The notes under the pieces: model-generated
Seen by the model: only the letters and a program-made list of their open reading frames with translations
Told to the model about the DNA's origin: nothing
Databases searched by the model: none
Position numbers and translations under genes: made by a program
Shown here: one piece after another, positions 36,424 to 46,078 of the stretch
Numbering within the stretch: the stretch's first letter is position 1
How the letters are laid out: each line of letters begins with the position of its first letter
Assembly: GCA_012522765.1 (NCBI GenBank)
Contig: JAAYJW010000193.1
Span: 1 to 63,014 of the forward strand
DNA: 63,014 nt
Direction of reading: 5' to 3'
Origin: a candidate division WS1 bacterium
Lineage (GTDB): Bacteria; Armatimonadota; Zipacnadia; Zipacnadales; UBA5352

Positions 36424-37323
36424 CTACTCCGGCCACTCCACGAACTGCACTTCCTCACCATCGAACCGCTCGCGGATGACCTCAAGCGCCTCCGGATTGC
36501 TGTCAACGAGGCAGAAGTGGCGGCCAAGCTCAAGCGCCGCTGCTCCTGTCGTCCCCGAGCCGGCGAAGAAGTCGAGCACCAGGTCGCCCGGCCGCGATGA
36601 CGCCGCGACGATCCGCCGCAGGATGCCGAGCGGTTTCTGCGTCGGGTACCCCGTCTTCTCCTTGCCGGTAGGCGATACGATCGTGTGCCACCAGGTGTCG
36701 GTCGGGAACTTGCCGCGCGCTGCCTTCTCCGCGCTCACCAGCCCCGGCGCCATGTACGGGATGCGATCCACCTCATCGCGGTTGAAGACGTAGTTGCCCG
36801 GGTTCTTCACGTAGAGCAGGATGTTGTCGTGCTTGGCGGGCCAGCGGGTCTTGCTCCGCCCGCCGTAGTCGTAGGCCCAGATGATCTCGTTGAGAAAGCA
36901 CTCGCGGCCGAAGATCGCGTCAAGCAGAACCTTGCAGTAATGTACTTCGCGGTAGTCTATGTGAAAGTAGAGAGAGCCATCGGCGCTCAGCACCCGGTGG
37001 GCCTCGCGCAGCCTCGGCTCCAGGAAGCCGAGGTAGTCGTCGAAGGTGTCCTCCCATGCCCGGGAGATGACCTCGCGGGTCCGGTATCGATTGCCGCCGA
37101 AGCCGGTGCGGTCGCCGTTTTCGTCGCGCTCCACCTGCACCTGCGTCCGGGCCTGCCGACCGCCGGTGTTGAAGGGCGGGTCAATGTATATCAGCGGCAC
37201 GCAATCATCCGGCAGCCGCCTCAGCAGAGGCAGGTTGTCGGACAGATGCACGCTGTTGAGGCTGAGATCTACGTCGGGAGGCGTGATGGCGCGATCTTCC
37301 CTTCTCGTCGGAGTGTGCGGCAT
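36424..37323 (-). CDS. Site-specific DNA methyltransferase (N6/N4, beta class), orphan
   Basis: YIDPPFNTG precedes YPTQKP and VLDFFAGSGTT; no endonuclease-like neighbour. Confidence 0.9.
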   Translation of the reverse strand: MPHTPTRREDRAITPPDVDLSLNSVHLSDNLPLLRRLPDDCVPLIYIDPPFNTGGRQARTQVQVERDENGDRTGFGGNRYRTREVISRAWEDTFDDYLGFLEPRLREAHRVLSADGSLYFHIDYREVHYCKVLLDAIFGRECFLNEIIWAYDYGGRSKTRWPAKHDNILLYVKNPGNYVFNRDEVDRIPYMAPGLVSAEKAARGKFPTDTWWHTIVSPTGKEKTGYPTQKPLGILRRIVAASSRPGDLVLDFFAGSGTTGAAALELGRHFCLVDSNPEALEVIRERFDGEEVQFVEWPE

Positions 37324-37434
37324 TATTCCCGCCGCGGCCGCAATGAACCTCCCGCGGGCAGAAGGAGGCCTCTGCCGCTGCGGCGAACTGCCACGCGTAA
37401 GTCATCCGGGTCGGCCATCGGAGTCGAGGGCCAG

Positions 37435-38388
37435 ATGAAGTTGATCGTTCAGATCCCCTGCCTCAATGAGGAAGAAACGATCCCGCAGACCATTGCCGAC
37501 ATCCCGCGCGAGATAGAGGGGATCGACGCTGTGGAGGTGCTGGTGATTGACGACGGGTCGAGCGACGCCACCGTGGAAGCGGCACGCGCGGCGGGGGCCG
37601 ATCACGTCATCAGCTTTGCGCAGAATCGCGGCCTTGCGGCTGCGTGGAGCGCCGGCATTGACGCGGCCCTTAGGCTGGGCGCCGATGTGATTGTCAACAC
37701 TGACGCCGACAATCAGTACGCGGGAAGCTCGATCCCGGACCTCGTGCGGCCGATCGTGGCCGGAGATGCGGACATGGTCGTCGGCGCGCGGCCGATAGAT
37801 CAGATCGAGGAATTCTCATGGATGAAGAAGCGCCTGCAGCGGCTCGGAAGCTGGGTGGTGCGCAAGGTCTCGTCCACGCACATCTCCGACGCCACCAGCG
37901 GCTTCCGCGCCTACTCCCGCGATGCGGCGATCCGCCTCGCCGTGGTGTCGAACTTCACCTACACGCACGAGACGCTCATTCAGGCCGGTCGCACCGGTCT
38001 CGCGGTCGCCGAGGTGCCGATCGGGACGAACCCGAAGACGCGCGAGTCGCGGCTCTTCCGCAGCATTCCCGAGTACATCCGCCGCTCGGTCGGCACGATC
38101 CTACGCATCTACGCGCTCTACGAACCGCTGGCGCTGTTCAACCTCGTAGCGGGGATACTGCTGGCGATCGGCATTCTGCTCGGTATACGCTACGCCTACT
38201 TCATGGCGATCGGCGAGGGCACCGGCCACGTGCAGTCGGTCATCGTCGCCGCGCTGCTGCTGATGCTGGCGGCGCAGGCGTTCGCGCTGGGCCTGCTGGC
38301 GGACCTGATCGCGGCGAACCGCAAGCTCATACAGGACGCGCGCTCGCGCCTGCGCGAGGTGCAGTTCCGTGACGGCAATGACCACTGA
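37435..38388 (+). CDS. GT2 glycosyltransferase (DPM1-like)
   Basis: IQ/VQIPCLNEEE, IDDGSSD, N.GLA.A, TDADNQY, DMVVG.R and DATSGFRA motifs; C-terminal TMs. Confidence 0.9.
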   Translation: MKLIVQIPCLNEEETIPQTIADIPREIEGIDAVEVLVIDDGSSDATVEAARAAGADHVISFAQNRGLAAAWSAGIDAALRLGADVIVNTDADNQYAGSSIPDLVRPIVAGDADMVVGARPIDQIEEFSWMKKRLQRLGSWVVRKVSSTHISDATSGFRAYSRDAAIRLAVVSNFTYTHETLIQAGRTGLAVAEVPIGTNPKTRESRLFRSIPEYIRRSVGTILRIYALYEPLALFNLVAGILLAIGILLGIRYAYFMAIGEGTGHVQSVIVAALLLMLAAQAFALGLLADLIAANRKLIQDARSRLREVQFRDGNDH

Positions 38389-40003
38389 GGCCAGGCCGCC
38401 CACCGAGACGCCCGCAGTGGCGCCTAGGCCATCGGCAGCGGAACTACTGCTGGTAACGCTGCTCGCGGCGGCGCTGTGGGCGGGCTATCTCGCGCGCACC
38501 GACTTCCACCTCTTCCCCCGCGACGACGTGATGCAGGCGGTCAGCGCGGCGAGGCAACTCGCCGCCGGGGAGGGCTTCACCACCCGCGTAGCCGAGCCGC
38601 CGATGCTCGTCTTCCTGCGCGAACAGGGTGTTGACACCGCTCCGCCGTGGCCGAGCGCACTGAGAGCGCCGCTCTCAGTCGGCCTCATCGGCCTGCTGAT
38701 GCCCCTGACCGGTGAACCGCTGGCGGTGGCGCTGTCATCGGGCATCTTCTTCATCCTGTCGGTGCCGGTGCTTTACCTCGTGTCTTTCCGGCTCGCCGGC
38801 AGGCCTGCGGCAATCCTCGCAGCCGCGGTGTACGTCCTCTCCCCCGCCGGCCTCTACCTCGGCTCCAGCGGCCTCACCGAAAGCAGCACGATCTTTGCCC
38901 TGTCGGTCATCGTGCTGATGATGATGCGACCGATCACACCCGCGGCGGCGCTCACGGCAGGTCTTGCGGCCGGGATCGGCTACCTCGGCCGCTCGACGAT
39001 GACGATGTGGGCGGTCCTGATCGTGCTGTACATCCTCTGGATGGCGCGCGACGCTGGCTGGCTGCCAGCGGCAGGCCGGGTGGTCCTCTTCTGCATTCCG
39101 CTGGCGGCGGCGGTCTGGTGGTGGGGCGCGCAGATGGAGGCGCAGACCGGGGAGTTCGGCTATTCAGCTCAGGAGGACATCAGCATCCGCCGCGACACGG
39201 GCCTCTACCCCGGCCGCTCATCTTCGCTCGCGCTGGAGCACTGGACGATCGGGGAGTTCGTGCGCGCGCACCCGGGGGTGATGGCGAGCAAGTATGCCCG
39301 CATCGCCGAGGCCACGTGGCCGCAGTTCATCACAATGGACGGGCTCACGCTGATCGTCGCGCTCTTCGTCGCGGAGTTCGTGATCGTGCTCGCGGGCGGT
39401 AAGCGTGTCGATGTGCAGTGGCTGGTCTACCTGCTGATCGCCCAGCAACTGCTGATGGTGCCGCTGGCCTCACTCGGGCACGGCGGCGTTTCGGCGAACC
39501 GCTACCTCGACCCGTTCGGGCCCATCGCCGCCACCTTCGGCGCGGCATTCGCGGTCGAGCTTGTGCGCCGCTACGGCGCCTCGATGCGCCGGGCGACTCT
39601 GCCCTTCGCGCTGCTCGTGGCACTGCTCGCGGTACCGGTCGCGATGGACGCCGCCGTGGGGCGCTATCACGGAGCCGCGATGGAGGAGACGCGGGAGCTT
39701 GCCGCGGTGCTGCTGGCGCAGGGCGAGCCGGATGATGTGATCGCCAGCACCCACCACGCGTGGCTCTCGTGGGCGACGAACATGTATACCGTCGGGCTGC
39801 CGATCACACCCGCCGAGTTCCTGCGCATGGACGAGGAGTTGCTCGCCGCAGACTGGGTGCATCTCAAGCATCGTGGCGAGACGAACGAGGAGCGCACGTC
39901 CGCATGGACGCCGATCATGGAAGGGCGTGCGGAGCTTCCGGGCTTCGAGCTTGTGCAGCGCTTCGAGGGCGGGAGCGTGCTCCTGCGCAGAGCCGGCGAC
40001 TGA
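38378..40003 (+). CDS. ArnT/PMT-like (GT-C) membrane glycosyltransferase
   Basis: DD..Q...AR.LA.GEGF early loop, many TMs, RY..P motif; coupled to the GT2 gene. Confidence 0.7.
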   Translation: MTTEARPPTETPAVAPRPSAAELLLVTLLAAALWAGYLARTDFHLFPRDDVMQAVSAARQLAAGEGFTTRVAEPPMLVFLREQGVDTAPPWPSALRAPLSVGLIGLLMPLTGEPLAVALSSGIFFILSVPVLYLVSFRLAGRPAAILAAAVYVLSPAGLYLGSSGLTESSTIFALSVIVLMMMRPITPAAALTAGLAAGIGYLGRSTMTMWAVLIVLYILWMARDAGWLPAAGRVVLFCIPLAAAVWWWGAQMEAQTGEFGYSAQEDISIRRDTGLYPGRSSSLALEHWTIGEFVRAHPGVMASKYARIAEATWPQFITMDGLTLIVALFVAEFVIVLAGGKRVDVQWLVYLLIAQQLLMVPLASLGHGGVSANRYLDPFGPIAATFGAAFAVELVRRYGASMRRATLPFALLVALLAVPVAMDAAVGRYHGAAMEETRELAAVLLAQGEPDDVIASTHHAWLSWATNMYTVGLPITPAEFLRMDEELLAADWVHLKHRGETNEERTSAWTPIMEGRAELPGFELVQRFEGGSVLLRRAGD

Positions 40004-40028
40004 GAGCGTAAGTGCAGCAGTTACGACA

Positions 40029-40057
40029 GCGGCCGCCACGGTAGACGTGGCGGCCGC
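40029..40057. terminator. Probable bidirectional terminator
   Basis: gcggccgccacg-gtaga-cgtggcggccgc. Confidence 0.65.
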
Positions 40058-40085
40058 CGCTGAGTCTGCGTTACGCCCTTGCCTC

Positions 40086-41318
40086 TCAGTCCTCGAGGAA
40101 CGGGAGGCCGCGCTTGCTAAGTATCTTGTACTGCAGCGCGTGGATCTTCGTCGCCGGGCCCGAGTCGGGCTGCTGGAAGCTGGTGGTCGCCAGCGAGCGG
40201 ATCTCGGGGTCGAAGAGGCCGCTGTCTGACTCGCGGCCGATGATGTCAATGTTGCCCTTGTAAAGCGACAGGGTGTACTTGCCGGTGACTACCGCCTGCG
40301 AGCTTTCGATGAATGCCGCGCAGTCCTCCGTGAACGGGTGGAACCAGGCGCCGTGGTAGACCTGGTAGGCCCAGAGGCGCTCGATGTTCGGCTTGTTCTG
40401 CACCTGCTCCTTGGTCAAACAGAGCTGCTCAAGGTCGCGATGGACCTTCAGGATCACGGTAGCCGCGGGGGCCTCGTAGACCTCGCGCGACTTGAGCCCG
40501 ATCATCCCGTCCTCGAACATGTCGATCTTGCCGATGGCGTGCTTGCCCGCGACATCATTGAGGTACTGAATGATGTTCGCTAGGCCAGTCACGTCATCGC
40601 ACTTGACCGGGATGCCGCCCTCGAACTCGATGGTGACCTCCTGCGGCTCGTCGGGAGCGCTCTCGGGGAACTGGTACCACACGTACTCGTCCTCCGGGAT
40701 GCGCATCTGCAGGTTGTCAACCTCGCCGGAGCCGATCGACCGGCACCACATCGTCAGGTCGTCGCCGATGCCCGCCTTGTACGGGATGTTGTAGTACTCG
40801 CAGAGCTGCTTCTCCTGCTCGCGGGTGAAGTCGAACTCGCGGACGGGGACGATGACCTCGAGGTCGGGGGCGAAGATCGCGAAGACGTTCGCCATGCGGT
40901 ACTGATCGTTGCCCTTGCCGGTTGAGCCCTCGCAGATGGCGTCACAGCCCTGCGCGACAGCCCACTCCGCCACGTTGCGCGCGATGAGCTGCCGGGTCAT
41001 GGACGTCGCGACCGGGTAGCCCTCGTAATTCGCATTGGCGCGAATCGCGCGGGCGATCCACTCGTCGGCGAACTCGTCGGTCGCCTCCATCAGTTCCCAC
41101 GGCACACCCAGCAGTTCGGCCTTCGAGCGGCAGTCCTCGATCTCGCGGTCGGTCAGACCCACGTTGACTGTGACGGCGAGAACCTCCTCGGCGCCGTAGT
41201 ACTCCTTCAGCAGCGTGATGGCCAGCGTAGAGTCGAGGCCGCCTGAGAACGCCAGCGCAACCTTCTTGACCTGCGGGATTTCTACTTTCGGCTGAAAGTC
41301 AGGATGCTGGTTGGGCAT
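40086..41318 (-). CDS. argG: Argininosuccinate synthase
   Basis: KVALAFSGGLDST, YEGYP..T...R.LI, GSTGKGNDQ.R, G.KSRE.YEAPAA motifs. Confidence 0.95.
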   Translation of the reverse strand: MPNQHPDFQPKVEIPQVKKVALAFSGGLDSTLAITLLKEYYGAEEVLAVTVNVGLTDREIEDCRSKAELLGVPWELMEATDEFADEWIARAIRANANYEGYPVATSMTRQLIARNVAEWAVAQGCDAICEGSTGKGNDQYRMANVFAIFAPDLEVIVPVREFDFTREQEKQLCEYYNIPYKAGIGDDLTMWCRSIGSGEVDNLQMRIPEDEYVWYQFPESAPDEPQEVTIEFEGGIPVKCDDVTGLANIIQYLNDVAGKHAIGKIDMFEDGMIGLKSREVYEAPAATVILKVHRDLEQLCLTKEQVQNKPNIERLWAYQVYHGAWFHPFTEDCAAFIESSQAVVTGKYTLSLYKGNIDIIGRESDSGLFDPEIRSLATTSFQQPDSGPATKIHALQYKILSKRGLPFLED

Positions 41319-41376
41319 CTTCGTTCCTCCTGTTGTCACTCTGTCGATCCCGGCGCCGATGGCGTCGGGGACCGCG

Positions 41377-42570
41377 TCAGTCTTCTTCCTCCAACGGCTC
41401 CTCGCAGTATGCGCAGCAGACTTCGCCGCAGGGCATCGTCTGGAAGAAGCCGGCGAGGAAACGCTCCTCCCACGTGATGCACCTGTCGTTGCGGCACTTT
41501 CGTTCAGCCGAGGCAGAGTCAGGCCCCTCCTCGGCCTCCTGCCTGGCGCGTCCGGGCGAGGCCACCGCCTCCGGCCGCTCATCGCCGCGCCGCTCAAAGC
41601 CGCGGAACGCGTTGCGCTCGTCCTCCAGCAATCCGAGCAGATGCGCCACCAGCGCCATCCGCACCGGCACACCCCCGTGCGCCTGCTCGAAGTATGCAGC
41701 CCGGGAATCGTCGTCAATCTCCGGGTTGATCTCCTCAACCCGCGGCAGCGGGTGCATCACGATCATGTTCTCCGGGGCGCGCTCCATCAGCGCCGCATCC
41801 ACCACGAAGTCGGCCGCGATGGCCCGTGCGCCCTCGCGCTCCTCCTCCGGGAACCGCTCGACCTGCACGCGGGTGGCGTAGAGCACGTCAAGCTCGCCCA
41901 GCACCCCGTCAACGCTCGTAACACATTGCGGACGCTCGCCCGAGATCTCCTCGATCTCGTCGAGGTAACGCTTCGGCATCGCAAGCTGCTCCGGGGCGAT
42001 GCAGACTACCTGCGAGCCCAACCGCGCGAGCGTCGCGCCCAGCGAGTGAACTGTGCGCCCATACTTGAGGTCGCCGAAGAGGCCCACGGTGAGGCCATCC
42101 AGCCGATCGAAGCGGCGCTTCAGGCAGAACAGGTCGGTGAGCGTCTGCGTGGGGTGCGCGTGGGCGCCATCGCCCGCGTTGATAACAGGTATCTCAGCCG
42201 CATCCGCGGCGACCTTCGCCGCGCCCATCTTCGGGTGCCGGATCACGAGGATGTCGGCGTAGCCGCTGACGGTGCGGGCGGTATCCGCGAGCGTCTCACC
42301 CTTGGCGACCGATGAGCCGCCGGGCTCGGAGAAGCCCAGCACGCTCCCGCCGAGCCGCAGCATCGCGCTCTCGAACGAGAGCCGAGTGCGAGTGCTTGGC
42401 TCGAAGAAGCAGGTGGCCATGATGCGGTCGAGGCGCTCGGAGGCATGCCGCTTGCCCGCATCGCCGAAGCCGATGGCCTCCGCCATCTGACCGGCAGTGT
42501 CGAGCAGCGCGCGGATCTCCTCAGTGGAGAGGTCCGACATCGTGATCAGATCGCGTCCCGCAAGTGACAA
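41377..42570 (-). CDS. pyrB: Aspartate carbamoyltransferase catalytic chain with a fused PyrI-like Zn domain
   Basis: FFEPSTRTRLSFE, HPTQTL.DL, GDLKYGRTVHS and MHPLPR motifs; C-terminal C.N.RC...C..C. Confidence 0.95.
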   Translation of the reverse strand: MSLAGRDLITMSDLSTEEIRALLDTAGQMAEAIGFGDAGKRHASERLDRIMATCFFEPSTRTRLSFESAMLRLGGSVLGFSEPGGSSVAKGETLADTARTVSGYADILVIRHPKMGAAKVAADAAEIPVINAGDGAHAHPTQTLTDLFCLKRRFDRLDGLTVGLFGDLKYGRTVHSLGATLARLGSQVVCIAPEQLAMPKRYLDEIEEISGERPQCVTSVDGVLGELDVLYATRVQVERFPEEEREGARAIAADFVVDAALMERAPENMIVMHPLPRVEEINPEIDDDSRAAYFEQAHGGVPVRMALVAHLLGLLEDERNAFRGFERRGDERPEAVASPGRARQEAEEGPDSASAERKCRNDRCITWEERFLAGFFQTMPCGEVCCAYCEEPLEEED

Positions 42571-42586
42571 TGCACGGCCTCCCTCG

Positions 42587-43459
42587 TCAAACACCCAACG
42601 TTTCGTTTATGTCGTTCTTCGCCGCCCGCGCTGCATCGGCGGCCGCCGCGGCAAAGTCCTCAACGTCACCGCCCGCGTAGATGATCCCGCGCGATGAGTT
42701 CACCACCGCGCCCATGCCATCCTCGTCGAACGCCGGCGCCACATCCTCTGCTCCGCCGCCCTGTGCGCCGTAGCCCGGGACGAGGAACGGTGTCCGCGGC
42801 ATCACTTCGCGCAACTCGCGAAGCTGCTCGGGCCATGTCGCTCCAACCACCGCGCCGACCGATGACCAGCCGCTCTCCCCCACGCCATCCGCGCCCCAGC
42901 GGTCCACGAGCTCCGCCAAGTGGCGGTAAATCGGCTTGCCGCCCGCGTCAAGGTCCTGTATCTCCGCTGAGGACGGGTTCGACGTCTTCACCAGCACGAA
43001 GACACCGCCGCCTGCCGCACGAGCCGTCTCGATGAACGGCATCACACCGTCCGAGCCGAGGTAGGCGTTCACCGTCACCGCGTCCGGAACGCTGCCTGCG
43101 TCAGGTGCCTCGAACAGCGCCCGGGCGTAGGCCTCCGCCGTGGAGCCGATGTCATTGCGCTTGGCATCTACGATCACGATCAGCCCGAGACGCTTCGCCT
43201 GCGCCACGACCTCGTGCAGCAGCTCCATCCCGCCGCTCCCGAGCGCCTCAAAGAACGCGGAGTTGGGCTTTGCCACCACGCAATGCTCGGCGACCGCGCT
43301 CAGGATGCGGCTGCAAAACTCGCGCACTCGAGCGAGAGGGTCATCTATCCCGCCCAACGCCTCAGGCAGCCGCTCTATGACCGGGTCGATCCCGACGCAG
43401 ACGCGGCTGTCCTTCTCTTTGATTGCCGCCATGAGGCGGTCGGCGAAATGCTCGGACAT
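42587..43459 (-). CDS. pyrF: Orotidine-5'-phosphate decarboxylase (subfamily 2)
   Basis: VCVGIDP, KPNSAFFE..G, D.KRNDIGST..AYA, KTSNPSS and LVPGYGAQGG motifs. Confidence 0.96.
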   Translation of the reverse strand: MSEHFADRLMAAIKEKDSRVCVGIDPVIERLPEALGGIDDPLARVREFCSRILSAVAEHCVVAKPNSAFFEALGSGGMELLHEVVAQAKRLGLIVIVDAKRNDIGSTAEAYARALFEAPDAGSVPDAVTVNAYLGSDGVMPFIETARAAGGGVFVLVKTSNPSSAEIQDLDAGGKPIYRHLAELVDRWGADGVGESGWSSVGAVVGATWPEQLRELREVMPRTPFLVPGYGAQGGGAEDVAPAFDEDGMGAVVNSSRGIIYAGGDVEDFAAAAADAARAAKNDINETLGV

Positions 43460-43465
43460 CGGCCC

Positions 43466-44230
43466 TCAGCGTTTGTGCGCCTGGATAATCAGCATGCGCT
43501 CCCAGCCCTCGAACGGGCGGCCGTCGTACTCCGAGTAGACGCCTTCTATCTCCAGCCCCACCCGGTCGAAAAGGTCCTCGAGTTCGTCCAGCCCGTACAG
43601 CCGGATGGACGCCCTGTGCAGCACCCGGTCGGGATCATCGGGATCGGTCCACACGCTGCTGATGCGATGCCCCTCCGCGTCATAGCGGCAGCGGATGATC
43701 GCGACGCTGCCGTCGGCGCGCGTCACTTCCTGGTGGTAGGGCGCGTAGAGTATCTGATAGGAGCGATTGCGCGTCTCCAGCAGAAAGCGCCCACCGGGCC
43801 TCAGGCAGCGCACGGTCTCCTCCAGCACCGCCACGTTCTGTCCCTCATCAATGAAGTAGCCGAAGCTGTTGAACAGGTTCAGCGCCACGTCCAACGAGCC
43901 AGACCGCAGCGGCAGGCTGCAGGCATCTCCGCGCACCAGCGATAGCCCCGCTACATCTCTGCCCATTATGCGCGCGATGTCCAGCATCATCGCCGATACG
44001 TCAAGGCCGATAATCTGCATTCCCCGTTGCGCCAGCGGGATCGCGTGTCTGCCCATCCCGCAGCAGATGTCCGCCACATGCTCGCCGGGCTGGAGTTCGA
44101 GCAGCGAGATGATGCCCTCGATCTGTTCCGCCGTCTCCTCCTCACCGGGGAAGAACGAGAGCGGGATGCTGTCCAGGCTCTCGAAGAAGTCCCGCCACCA
44201 CGCCTCATTGCACCACTTGTCTTCCGCCAT
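43466..44230 (-). CDS. Class I SAM-dependent methyltransferase
   Basis: VADICCG.GRH, GLD.S..ML, N.FNSFGYF and LRPGG.FLLE motifs. Confidence 0.9.
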   Translation of the reverse strand: MAEDKWCNEAWWRDFFESLDSIPLSFFPGEEETAEQIEGIISLLELQPGEHVADICCGMGRHAIPLAQRGMQIIGLDVSAMMLDIARIMGRDVAGLSLVRGDACSLPLRSGSLDVALNLFNSFGYFIDEGQNVAVLEETVRCLRPGGRFLLETRNRSYQILYAPYHQEVTRADGSVAIIRCRYDAEGHRISSVWTDPDDPDRVLHRASIRLYGLDELEDLFDRVGLEIEGVYSEYDGRPFEGWERMLIIQAHKR

Positions 44231-44250
44231 CACGCCTCCGGCCTCGCCCA

Positions 44251-45270
44251 CTACAGCAGGTCCGCGAGGTCCACGAAACCATCGTCCCATGCACTCGATT
44301 GTCGCTTCCTGGAGATCTGCTGCAGGGCCGTCACTACCCGTGCAGCCTGCGCCGACACCACCTGCGCGAGGCTCAGGCTCTCCTCGCTGAATGCCCCATC
44401 GCACTGGTCGTAGAAGGCGATTACGCCCGCGACCTCGCCGTCGGACTGCAGCGGCTCTGCAAGCACCGACTGCACGCCGAGAAAACCGAGATGCTCATCA
44501 TCCGCGATTGCGCCGGAGAGGACGTCGTTCTCAATGCGCGCCACACCGGTCACTGCAGCCGAGCCAAGCAGTCCACAGTCAAGCGCAACATCCCTGCCGA
44601 CCACGTCCCTCTCGGCCAACCCTTCGGTGACAATCCCCTGCAGTCGGGGCGGATCGTGCCGGATCCCGTAGACGGCCGCTGCGCGCGCATGCGTCACCTG
44701 TATCCCCGCGCGCAGTATCGAGCGCAATGTATCGGTGAGATCCTCACTCTCGCCCAGTTCCCGGCCCAGATCCACGAATGCAGAGAGGTCCTCGTTGGCG
44801 CTGCGCACCCGCTCGGATAGCTGCTCCTGCTGGCGGAGCAGTTGATCGTTGGCGGCACGCAGTTCGGTGAGCAGCGCGTCATGCCGCCCGCGCAACCGCT
44901 GGCCTTCGATCCCGCGGTTGACGATCCGCACCAGGTCCGCGGCTGAGAACGGCTTGCGGAGGTACTCATAGGCGCCGAGCCTGACGGCTTCCATCGCGGT
45001 CTCGAGGCTCGCGAAGCCGGTGACGAGCACCACTACAGCCTCGGGACTGCGCTGCTTGATCGAGCGCAGCAGCGTCAGGCCATCTGTGCCGGGCAGCATG
45101 ATGTCGAAGATCGCCGCGTCGAAGTGCCCGCTCGCGATCGCCGCAAGCGCGGACGCGCCATCCTCGTGGGAGGTCACCTGGTGCCCCGCGCGCCCGAGTG
45201 CCTTTGCACAGAGCTCTCTGATAGCCGGCTCATCGTCCACGACCAGCACTTTTGCGCCCTGATCGATCAT
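44251..45270 (-). CDS. Response regulator (REC, coiled coil, GAF)
   Basis: VLVVDDE, FDIMLP..DG, TG...LE.A.EA...GA..YL.KPF; C-terminal GAF-like domain. Confidence 0.85.
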   Translation of the reverse strand: MIDQGAKVLVVDDEPAIRELCAKALGRAGHQVTSHEDGASALAAIASGHFDAAIFDIMLPGTDGLTLLRSIKQRSPEAVVVLVTGFASLETAMEAVRLGAYEYLRKPFSAADLVRIVNRGIEGQRLRGRHDALLTELRAANDQLLRQQEQLSERVRSANEDLSAFVDLGRELGESEDLTDTLRSILRAGIQVTHARAAAVYGIRHDPPRLQGIVTEGLAERDVVGRDVALDCGLLGSAAVTGVARIENDVLSGAIADDEHLGFLGVQSVLAEPLQSDGEVAGVIAFYDQCDGAFSEESLSLAQVVSAQAARVVTALQQISRKRQSSAWDDGFVDLADLL

Positions 45271-45303
45271 GCTGCTCCCCCCGCAATCGTCGGCACCGCC
45301 ACG

Positions 45304-45600
45304 TCAGACGGTGTATGTCACCTCGAAATCCGTGCTTTCGCCCCGGGGCTCCCGCCAGCGCTCGTCCACTCGCTCGACCCACGACATCGGCGGGCCCTTG
45401 CGGATGGTACCCAGCAGGCGCTTGAGATCCTCCTCAGGACCCTCAGCGACCAGCTCGACGTCGCCTGAACGAAGGTTGCGCACCCAGCCGCTGAGGCCCA
45501 GATTCCGCGCCTCGCGCTGGACGAAGTAGCGGAAGCCGACGCCCTGCACCCGCCCCCGAACGGTCGCCTCAAGCCTTCGCTGATCCGCGCCGGCGGACAT
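45304..45600 (-). CDS. acyP: Acylphosphatase
   Basis: V.GRVQGVGFRYF, GWVRNL..G.VE.VAEG motifs. Confidence 0.95.
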   Translation of the reverse strand: MSAGADQRRLEATVRGRVQGVGFRYFVQREARNLGLSGWVRNLRSGDVELVAEGPEEDLKRLLGTIRKGPPMSWVERVDERWREPRGESTDFEVTYTV

Positions 45601-45604
45601 GCCC

Positions 45605-45994
45605 CTACTCCCGCTTGCCTCGGTGCGCGGCGGATAGCTGGGCGCCTTTGGCCGCTACCAGCGCGCCGAGCCATCCCAGCACCAGCAAGCCCAGCATCTT
45701 CAAGCCGACGATCACGCCCACGTCAACTACCGTCGGCCCCTGATAGGGCGTGGCGACCACTACCTCGTCGCCACCCACATTCTCCTGAACCGCGACAGTG
45801 GTTTCCGCCGCCTGCGCCTGGGCGGTGCGGACTTCCTGCACCTGCGCGTCAACGCCCTCAAAGACCTCGCGAACCCAGGTGAAAACCATGATGATCATGG
45901 CGATACCGACGAGGAAAACAATCAGCCCCACGACGCCACCGAAGATGTCGAAGGCTCTCGCCGCACCGTCCGCGGATCGCTGTTCGTCAGACAA
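45605..45994 (-). CDS. Two-TM membrane hypothetical protein
   Basis: 129 aa with two hydrophobic helices flanking a polar loop. Confidence 0.6.
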   Translation of the reverse strand: MSDEQRSADGAARAFDIFGGVVGLIVFLVGIAMIIMVFTWVREVFEGVDAQVQEVRTAQAQAAETTVAVQENVGGDEVVVATPYQGPTVVDVGVIVGLKMLGLLVLGWLGALVAAKGAQLSAAHRGKRE

Positions 45995-46028
45995 TTCGCA
46001 GTCACCCCTTAGCTGTCGTCGTCGCGGG

Positions 46029-46037
46029 AGTATAACA
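46029..46037 (-). promoter_or_regulatory. Possible extended -10 promoter
   Basis: TGtTATACT on the minus strand, about 35 bp upstream of the 45994 start. Confidence 0.4.
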
Positions 46038-46078
46038 TACGCGCGCCTGAGGCGGCAACCGCCTGACCCGGCTCGGAA

